Assembly (NCBI GenBank): GCA_002331145.1
Contig: DCYT01000002.1
Location: 23,337 to 87,336 of the forward strand
Reading direction: 5' to 3'
DNA length: 64,000 nucleotides
DNA from: Candidatus Minusculum obligatum
GTDB taxonomy: Bacteria; Patescibacteriota; Minisyncoccia; Phycocordibacterales; Phycocordibacteraceae
Positions 57,156-64,000 of this stretch are shown here, in pieces. The notes under the pieces were generated by a model that saw nothing but the letters and a program-made list of their open reading frames with translations, had not been told where the DNA came from and did no database searches. The translations under genes and the position numbers were made by a program. The first letter of the stretch is position 1; the number at the start of each line of letters is the position of its first letter.

Positions 57156-57869
57156 ATGTTGTTGGGAATTAAAAGTAAAAAAGTTGCACTCTTGCGCCAC
57201 TTAGCAATGGCTATTGTTGGGGGATTGCTTGTGTATTTGGTTTGGTCACTTAATGGTACGTGGAGTCCAGATATGCGGTTGTGGAAAGCATTTGGTGGAG
57301 CATCTTTTTTCCTCCTATGGTTTGCTGTTGTTATTGGGCCGTTAGCAAAGCTTCTTCCATCATTTAACTTAATGCTCTCGTATCGTCGCGAGGCAGGAGT
57401 TTGGTTTTTTATCATTGCATTGGTGCACGGATATCTCATTCTTGATGGCTGGGTGCGGTGGAATGTATGGGAATTTTTCGGCTATCAATACTTTACTGAA
57501 GTAGAGATGTATTTAAGAGTTGAGCCTGGGTTTGGATTAGCAAGTTTACTTGGACTTGTTGCTCTCATGTTTGCTCTTGCGCTTGCTGCAACATCTTTTG
57601 ATTGGGCAGTTAATCTTCTAGGTATTACTTCTTGGAAATGGTTGCATATGTTTGCGTACGTTGTGTTTTATTTGGCAGCAATGCATGTTGTATATTTTGC
57701 CTTTATTCATTACACACCTTCGTTTAATAGGCTTGCTATGGGGCTTCCAACAGATTATCCAGATAACCCATTGAAATATTATTATCTCAACGCACTTCTG
57801 AGTGTGTTTGTTTTGCAGACATCTGCTTTTATTGCAACGGTACGTAAAAATAAAAGAGCAAGCTGGTAG
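57156..57869 (+). CDS. Ferric-reductase-like transmembrane protein (MsrQ-like)
   Basis: RRE.GV....ALVH, LAATS.D.....LG...WKWLH...Y......H (heme-ligand His pattern). Confidence 0.85.
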   Translation: MLLGIKSKKVALLRHLAMAIVGGLLVYLVWSLNGTWSPDMRLWKAFGGASFFLLWFAVVIGPLAKLLPSFNLMLSYRREAGVWFFIIALVHGYLILDGWVRWNVWEFFGYQYFTEVEMYLRVEPGFGLASLLGLVALMFALALAATSFDWAVNLLGITSWKWLHMFAYVVFYLAAMHVVYFAFIHYTPSFNRLAMGLPTDYPDNPLKYYYLNALLSVFVLQTSAFIATVRKNKRASW

Positions 57870-57872
57870 CGT

Positions 57873-58553
57873 ATGGTATTTGAAACAATAATTAAAGGAC
57901 GTAAAAAAGTTGCAAAAGGTACTTGTGAAATAACTTTCAAAAGACCCGAGAAATTTGTATTTAAAGCAGGGCAATATATACAAATTGCCATACCAGAATT
58001 ACTTAGTCCGGATTTAAGGGGTAATTCACGGCTATTTTCTGTCACTTCGTCTCCGGACGATTTAGAAAATATCCGCGTAGTTTTTAGAGTCTCTACTAGT
58101 GGATTCAAACAAACATTGGTGAGTATGCCAGTTGGTGCAACAGTGCAAATTGAACAGGCTGCTGGCAGTTTTGTTTTACCGCAATCACCAAAACAGCAAC
58201 AAATTTTTGTTGCTGGCGGTGTTGGCATCTCTCCATTTATGAGCTACTTCAATCAAGAGAATACTCCATTTGAGAAAGGGCAGACTACTCTTTTTTATGG
58301 AAATCAAAACGAAGAGAGTGCCGCATATGTTACTGAGCTCCGCGCTTTTGCAAAGAGGTATCAATCTTTTTCACTTCAAGAGCTGTATGAAAGACCTTCC
58401 TCTGAATTCTTTAGGAGAAATGCGCAAATGTATAAAGATGCTACGTGGTGGGTGGTTGGGCCACCGGCAATGGTTGGAGTTGTTGTAAACGGACTTCAAT
58501 TAGGGGGTGTGGACCAAAATAATATTATAACTGAACCCTTTGAAGGATATTAG
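57873..58553 (+). CDS. FAD-binding ferredoxin-NADP reductase-like oxidoreductase
   Basis: F.AGQY, RLFS..SSP, AGG.GISP and GPP.MV motifs. Confidence 0.88.
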   Translation: MVFETIIKGRKKVAKGTCEITFKRPEKFVFKAGQYIQIAIPELLSPDLRGNSRLFSVTSSPDDLENIRVVFRVSTSGFKQTLVSMPVGATVQIEQAAGSFVLPQSPKQQQIFVAGGVGISPFMSYFNQENTPFEKGQTTLFYGNQNEESAAYVTELRAFAKRYQSFSLQELYERPSSEFFRRNAQMYKDATWWVVGPPAMVGVVVNGLQLGGVDQNNIITEPFEGY

Positions 58554-58557
58554 ACAT

Positions 58558-59328
58558 ATGAAAAATACTTTAGGATTAATTGTTTTTATTCTCGTACTTG
58601 TTGCACTAACTGCAATATTTTTTCTGAATGGTAGAAATACAGAAGTAACAATCGATGAAATATTTTCTGTATCTGCTCAGGATATTAAAGATCAAATTAC
58701 CATTGATCGTGTTGTTATGGACCAGCCAGGATTTATTGTGGCACGAGAAATTATAGATGGAAAACCGGGGCAGATAGTGGAAGTAAGTAAGTATTTAAAG
58801 GCGGGCGAAAATGTTGATGTTGTTATAGGTCTTGCACAACCATTAATTGAGGGGGTTGGTGTGAGCAGCGATCAATTTGATCAAGAAATTGTTGTTGCTG
58901 TGTATTATGATGATGGAGATAAGGGCTTTAATCCGTCTCTTGATTCTCTTGCATATCGTGAAGGGGAAGTGCTCGCACGGTTTGTCAAAACAGGAGTAAT
59001 GGCGCCTGAGTCAGCAGTGGTGCCAAACACTAAGGGTGAAAATATTGATGTTGCTCAAATAGTTACCTATACAGACAGTGGGTTTATTCCTCGGAACAGT
59101 GAAATTTCTTCTGGTGATACTGTTCGATTTATTAATAAGAGCAGTAATCAAATGTGGGTTGCCTCAAATGGGCATCCGGCACATATGATACTTCCAACAT
59201 TTGATCAGTTTAGTGCTTCTTCATATGGTGAAAGTTATGAATACACTTTTGAAAAAGAGGGGGTGTGGGAGTATCACGATCACATAAATGCTAGCCAGGT
59301 TGGTGTCATGTTAGTTCATTCAAATTAA
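58558..59328 (+). CDS. Membrane-anchored protein with C-terminal cupredoxin-like domain
   Basis: GF.P....I..GDTV.F.N, VAS..HP.H and YTF.K.G.W.YHDH motifs. Confidence 0.8.
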   Translation: MKNTLGLIVFILVLVALTAIFFLNGRNTEVTIDEIFSVSAQDIKDQITIDRVVMDQPGFIVAREIIDGKPGQIVEVSKYLKAGENVDVVIGLAQPLIEGVGVSSDQFDQEIVVAVYYDDGDKGFNPSLDSLAYREGEVLARFVKTGVMAPESAVVPNTKGENIDVAQIVTYTDSGFIPRNSEISSGDTVRFINKSSNQMWVASNGHPAHMILPTFDQFSASSYGESYEYTFEKEGVWEYHDHINASQVGVMLVHSN

Positions 59329-59333
59329 ATTAC

Positions 59334-59804
59334 ATGCAAAATACAATAAATATTTGGGGAGTGTCTGCCATTATTGGCATAACGGTTTTGTTACTTGGTG
59401 GCGTTGCATTGTTGCCAAAAGCTCCTACAGGAGAGGGAGATGCTGTTGCTGCGGGACTCCATTGGCATCCTGAATTGCAAATTTTTGTTGATGAAGAAAA
59501 GCAGCAAATTCCAGCAAACATAAGGCTTGGTGGTGGCGGACATCAGCCAATACATACACACACAGAAGATGTTGAGGAAGGAGTACTTCACTTTGAGTTT
59601 GGAGGAGTTGCCTATACTGGAGATCTTCGTTTAGGAAACTTCTTCCGTATTTGGGGAAATAAAGATATGCAAACAGCGTTTGGCGTACTTGAACGAATGA
59701 TAGTAAATGGAGAAGAAAACAGTGAATTTGGAGAATATATTGTACAAAGTGAAGACAAAATAGAGCTCCACTACAACACTTTATTGCAGGGAGAGGTTAT
59801 GTAG
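59334..59804 (+). CDS. Membrane-anchored His-motif protein
   Basis: HWH, IP..I, PIHTH, LHFE and LG.FF..WG motifs. Confidence 0.8.
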   Translation: MQNTINIWGVSAIIGITVLLLGGVALLPKAPTGEGDAVAAGLHWHPELQIFVDEEKQQIPANIRLGGGGHQPIHTHTEDVEEGVLHFEFGGVAYTGDLRLGNFFRIWGNKDMQTAFGVLERMIVNGEENSEFGEYIVQSEDKIELHYNTLLQGEVM

Positions 59805-59847
59805 GCATGTTATTATTACTTAAATAAAAAAATAAAATATTGTTACT

Positions 59848-60573
59848 ATGGAAGAAAAAAAGAAAGAAGGGATGAATTTGGCAGTTCCGGGTGCGATTAT
59901 GTTTGCTGGAATACTCATTGCTGGCGCATTAGTGTTCTCCTCACTGCAAAGCAGTGGGGGACAGCAAGTAGCTGAAGAGGCTCCACAAGACGCAGGGTCT
60001 CTTGACGCAATGGATCCAGTGTCAGAAAAAGATCACGTTCGAGGGAATCCAAATGCTCCAGTTATGATTGTTGAGTATTCAGACTATGAATGTCCTTTCT
60101 GTAAGCGCTTCCATGAGACCATGAACCAGGTTATGGATACATATGGTGCTGAAGGAAAAGTTGCGTGGGTATATCGGCACTTTCCTCTTGACCAACTCCA
60201 TCCAGTAAAAGCTCGGCAAGAAGCTGCCGCAGCAGAATGTGTTGCTGAAATTGGCGGAGATGACATGTTTTGGAGGTTCTCAGATAGATTCTTTGAGCTT
60301 ACGCCATCTAACAATCAAACCGACCTCACCGTGGTTCTTCCACAAATTTATTCTGAACTAGGTCTTTCGCAAGCAAAGGTGAATGAGTGTGTTGCAAGTG
60401 GGAGGTATGATGATCATATTCAAGCTGAGTTTGAAAATGCTGTGGCAACAGGAGGTCGTGGTACGCCGTGGAGCATTCTTATAGCTGCAGACGGTACAAA
60501 GTACCCACTGTCTGGCGCACAACCTCTTAGTGCTATAAATCAGCTTATTGAACTTGGATTAGGAAACAACTAG
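59848..60573 (+). CDS. DsbA-family oxidoreductase
   Basis: YSDYECPFC, YRHFPL and GTP motifs. Confidence 0.92.
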   Translation: MEEKKKEGMNLAVPGAIMFAGILIAGALVFSSLQSSGGQQVAEEAPQDAGSLDAMDPVSEKDHVRGNPNAPVMIVEYSDYECPFCKRFHETMNQVMDTYGAEGKVAWVYRHFPLDQLHPVKARQEAAAAECVAEIGGDDMFWRFSDRFFELTPSNNQTDLTVVLPQIYSELGLSQAKVNECVASGRYDDHIQAEFENAVATGGRGTPWSILIAADGTKYPLSGAQPLSAINQLIELGLGNN

Positions 60574-60577
60574 TCTT

Positions 60578-61099
60578 ATGGAGAAGCAAAGAATATTCGC
60601 ATATATTCTTATTGGAGCCATCATTTCTTTCATTGTTTTTTCTCTTGCTGTATTTCTTCCAAACCTTACTCTTGTATGGACGATAGCAAATTCTCCTGCT
60701 TTGTTAGGTGAAAAATTTGCACTGCTTGTGAGTTTATATGGTGCTATTGGAACAAACTTTACATTTCTTGCAGCGGGGTACACCATTTTGATGTCTCTCT
60801 TGTTTGGCTTAAATGTCACACTGCTGATTTATCTTGTGCGTAGCAGGAGTGTTGGTGCTGTTGGTAAAAATGCCGCAGTTAGTATAGGGGGTCTTATAAG
60901 TGGAATACTGGGTGTTGGGTGTGCTGCTTGTGGAACATTTATCCTCTCAGCGGTACTTGGACTTGTAGGTGCAGCCGGGTTACTTACGCTTCTACCGCTT
61001 GGTGGAGAAGAGTTTGGAATAGTGGGTGTTCTTTTGCTAGCATATACAACATATGCACTGGTTAAAAAAATTCGTGAACCAAATGTTTGCAGCGCTTAG
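60578..61099 (+). CDS. Membrane protein with CAAC motif
   Basis: Four TMs, GCAACG motif and a C-terminal Cys. Confidence 0.8.
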   Translation: MEKQRIFAYILIGAIISFIVFSLAVFLPNLTLVWTIANSPALLGEKFALLVSLYGAIGTNFTFLAAGYTILMSLLFGLNVTLLIYLVRSRSVGAVGKNAAVSIGGLISGILGVGCAACGTFILSAVLGLVGAAGLLTLLPLGGEEFGIVGVLLLAYTTYALVKKIREPNVCSA

Positions 61100-61108
61100 A
61101 TAGCTAGT

Positions 61109-61570
61109 ATGGATACACTGATTATATTTCTTGGAAGCTATTTGCATTTCTTCATTATTGCAACAGCTTTATTAAGTGTTATTTTTGCATCTTCAAAAAT
61201 ACGTCTAGAATACATCTCTTTCTTAATTTTTGTTGGACTGCTTGCTTATTTGTTAGGAGAGTTAGTCGGTATGGTTGTATATAATCCACGACCCTTTGTT
61301 ATCTTAGAGGTTGTTCCACTTATTCCTCATGATCCAACAAACGGATTTCCTTCCACGCACGCACTTGTTTCTATAAGCATTGCTTTTGCTGTGTTTGTGT
61401 TTAATAAAAAACTTGGATTTGTACTTTTCTTGCTGGCAATCCTTGTTGGGGCTGGCCGTGTTTTTGCACAAATACACAGTGTTGAAGACGTTCTTGGGAG
61501 CATTGTTGTGGCGCTTGTGGCAGTATGTGTGGGGTTATTTGTCAAAAAGGTTTTTAAAAACCAATCCTAA
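61109..61570 (+). CDS. PAP2-family phosphatase (BcrC-like)
   Basis: RPF, FPS.H and RV....H...DV motifs. Confidence 0.88.
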   Translation: MDTLIIFLGSYLHFFIIATALLSVIFASSKIRLEYISFLIFVGLLAYLLGELVGMVVYNPRPFVILEVVPLIPHDPTNGFPSTHALVSISIAFAVFVFNKKLGFVLFLLAILVGAGRVFAQIHSVEDVLGSIVVALVAVCVGLFVKKVFKNQS

Positions 61571-61631
61571 TTTTAATGACATAACATTAATTAATGTGTA
61601 AGATTAACAAATAATTGACTAACAAAAATTT

Positions 61632-62372
61632 ATGGAAAAAAATACAGAGGAAGAATATAAAAAAAATCGAATGCAGACCAAACCTAAATCAAAAGCAGTT
61701 ACGTGGAGTCTAGCTGCCGTGGTTGTTCTTACAGGACTTATATGGGGTCTATCCTCTGGTTCAACAGATAATTCAACAGAAAAAAACTCGATAGCAAATA
61801 CGCTTACGGCAATTGTTGATGATGATTATATAGTTGGTCCAGCAAACGCACCTGTAACACTCATAGAGTACCTCGACTTTGAATGTGAAGCATGTGGTGC
61901 ATACTTTCCGCTAATAAAACAATTAGAGAAAGAGTTTCCAGATGATCTCCGGGTGGTGATGCGGTACTTCCCTCTACCAGGTCACAGAAATGGACTTACG
62001 GCAGCACTTGCCGTTGAAGCGGCAGCACAACAAGGAAAATACAACGAGATGCACGATCTATTATTTGAAGAACAGGAAAATTGGGGTGAGCGATCTGCAC
62101 CGGATCCTTTAATTTTCGAGGAATATGCAAAACAACTTGGGCTTGACACGGAACGATTCAAACAAGATGTATCTTTGCAATCTGTTAAGGATCGTATACA
62201 GCGTGATGTAGATTCAGGAAGAAAACTTGGCAATACTGGAACACCCTCATTCTTCCTAAATGGAAAAAAAATCAACAACCCGCGTAGCTATGAAACATTT
62301 CGACAATTAATTCTAGATGAAATTGAAATTGTTGGAGTGCAACATTCAACTTCTACCCAAATGCAGAATTAG
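61632..62372 (+). CDS. DsbA/BdbD-like oxidoreductase
   Basis: DFECEAC, RYFPL..H and GTPSFF.NG motifs. Confidence 0.92.
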   Translation: MEKNTEEEYKKNRMQTKPKSKAVTWSLAAVVVLTGLIWGLSSGSTDNSTEKNSIANTLTAIVDDDYIVGPANAPVTLIEYLDFECEACGAYFPLIKQLEKEFPDDLRVVMRYFPLPGHRNGLTAALAVEAAAQQGKYNEMHDLLFEEQENWGERSAPDPLIFEEYAKQLGLDTERFKQDVSLQSVKDRIQRDVDSGRKLGNTGTPSFFLNGKKINNPRSYETFRQLILDEIEIVGVQHSTSTQMQN

Positions 62373-62383
62373 TTAGCCATTGT

Positions 62384-62959
62384 ATGTCATTAGATCAATT
62401 CTCAACTTTGCTCACGCTTGGTTCTTCAGTACTTTTTGTAGGTCTAGCATTTATTGTGCTTGCTACTTGCACTTCAGAGAAGTTGCGTGAACATATGGCG
62501 CGTTTGGGGTACTTTTCTTACCTCTGGGTAATTGCTGGGGTATCGGCATTCTCTATAGCTAGCGCGTTTATTTATCAATTGGTTTATCTAACTCCTGTAT
62601 GTGAGCTATGTTGGATACAGCGTATTTTTTTCTACCCAATAGTTATTATAATGCTTGTCGCCATATGGCATCGTACGCGTGAGGCACACATCACCATAGC
62701 CATACTCTCTGCGCTTGGCCTGTTAGTGGCTATATATCATTACTATTATCAATTTCAGAAACTTGTTCTTGGAAATGTGCTGGCACTACCGTGTTCTTAC
62801 GGCGGACTTTTGCCAGCTTGTACGGATTCATCAATTCTTATATTCGGCTTTGTAACGATCCCTTTTATGGGCATACTTATGTTTGGAAGTTTTCTTTTAT
62901 TGGCCGGACTAGCTGAATTTGCTAAGAGACGCATGGATAGAATAATTAATAACAAATAA
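62384..62959 (+). CDS. DsbB/BdbC-like disulfide bond formation protein
   Basis: CELCW.QR...YP, a second Cys pair and FGFVTIP.M. Confidence 0.9.
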   Translation: MSLDQFSTLLTLGSSVLFVGLAFIVLATCTSEKLREHMARLGYFSYLWVIAGVSAFSIASAFIYQLVYLTPVCELCWIQRIFFYPIVIIMLVAIWHRTREAHITIAILSALGLLVAIYHYYYQFQKLVLGNVLALPCSYGGLLPACTDSSILIFGFVTIPFMGILMFGSFLLLAGLAEFAKRRMDRIINNK

Positions 62960-62971
62960 TTATTCAGTATT

Positions 62972-64000
62972 ATGCAAAACAACAACTTTAAAATTGCCAG
63001 ATTGTTACTTGTAGGGGTGGTAATTTTAGCTGTTCTTATAATAGGAGGGAAGAATCTGGCACGTATTGATGCATATATATCATTGGTCATACAAGATAGT
63101 CAGGATGAGACATTAGAATATACAGAAAAAATAGAAATTGTTATCAAACCTGGTGATACGTTTGCGACAATCATGGAATCTGCTGGAGTGTCATATGATG
63201 AGACGGAGGCAATGCTTGCCTCAGCAAAAGATGTATATGATCTTACGAAACTACACTCTGGAAAGTTCCTGCACCTGTTCCTTGTAGAAGAGGCATTTGC
63301 CGCGGTTGATTACGACCTCAATGACGAGATGAAAATAGTCATCGAAAAATATGAGGACAGCTTTGAGGCACGAGAGGAGCCGATTGTTTACGATACCTAT
63401 CAAACAAGCGCTGAAGCTGTCATCACTTCTTCACTCTTTGTCGACGGAGCAGAGGCAGGTCTCTCTGATGTGACACTTCTCGCGCTTGCTGATATATTTG
63501 CTTGGGATATTGATTTCTTGACAGATATTCGTAAGGGAGATTCTTTCAATATTGTGTACAAGAAACGATTTCTCGACGGAGAAGAAGCTGGTCCGGGTAA
63601 CATACTTGCCGCCCGTTTTGATAACCAGGGAGTGACTCATGCCGCTTTTTATTATAAGGACGCCTTTGGAGAAGAAGGCTACTATGATCTTCAAGGTAAA
63701 TCCCTTTCTCGCCAATTCTTGAAGTCTCCACTTGATTATTCCTACATTAGCTCTGGATTCAGTTATAAACGCGTAAATCCTGTCACCAAACAACTGACTC
63801 CTCATCGTGCAATTGACTATGCAGCCGATACTGGAACACCGGTTATTGCGACTGCAGATGGCAAGGTAACTGCTGCCGGATCAAAGGGTGGTTTAGGGAT
63901 TACTGTGGAGATCAGGCATGGTAGTTACCTTACGCAATATGCTCATCTTTCACGTATTGCCAAAGGAGTAGAAAATGGGGCGGATGTCGCCCAAGGAGAT
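62972..64000 (+). CDS. M23 family metalloendopeptidase (3'-partial)
   Basis: TM, IKPGDT (LysM-like), WDIDF..DIR.GD, HRAIDYAA..GTPV and YAHL motifs; runs off the window. Confidence 0.88.
   Translation, partial: MQNNNFKIARLLLVGVVILAVLIIGGKNLARIDAYISLVIQDSQDETLEYTEKIEIVIKPGDTFATIMESAGVSYDETEAMLASAKDVYDLTKLHSGKFLHLFLVEEAFAAVDYDLNDEMKIVIEKYEDSFEAREEPIVYDTYQTSAEAVITSSLFVDGAEAGLSDVTLLALADIFAWDIDFLTDIRKGDSFNIVYKKRFLDGEEAGPGNILAARFDNQGVTHAAFYYKDAFGEEGYYDLQGKSLSRQFLKSPLDYSYISSGFSYKRVNPVTKQLTPHRAIDYAADTGTPVIATADGKVTAAGSKGGLGITVEIRHGSYLTQYAHLSRIAKGVENGADVAQGD

Noticed and set aside
1-64000. Alternative genetic code (UGA=Gly, as in Gracilibacteria/Absconditabacteria)
   Set aside because: Long genes are intact under code 11, and TGA ends nusB, trmD, hisS and others at the expected positions.

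Overview
Gene-dense, AT-rich bacterial chromosome segment read with the standard code (TGA is used as a stop). Gene content and style suggest Patescibacteria/CPR, probably Parcubacteria; this is inference from the compact RpoB, short SMC, sortase, type IV pilin, several DsbA paralogues and near-leaderless core genes. Positions 1-53 kb are mostly housekeeping genes: pheT, gyrB, thrS, dnaE, rnhB, rpmF, nusB, rnc, smc, rnr, rpsP-khpA-trmD, rpoB-rpoC-dnaG-rpoD, uppP, hisS, prmC, truB and two helicases. They are interspersed with small ORFans that carry their own promoters and Shine-Dalgarno sites, a CARDB/sortase/IPYTG surface-protein locus and an ArsR-led thiol-redox operon. From about 53.4 kb a CsoR-family-regulated metal/redox island runs to the window end. 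The most notable unannotated signals are four: (1) a Thr-rich leader peptide (MIVTNTTTTTW) with attenuator-like alternative hairpins upstream of thrS; (2) a sortase substrate whose IPYTG-TM signal is internal and followed by a large cytoplasmic domain resembling the DnaX collar; (3) two perfect 36-bp palindromes built from 12-bp AACTACGTAGTT-type units at convergent gene ends; (4) the CsoR island. No rRNA, tRNA, CRISPR array or transposase was seen. All family assignments come from motif recognition, not database searches.
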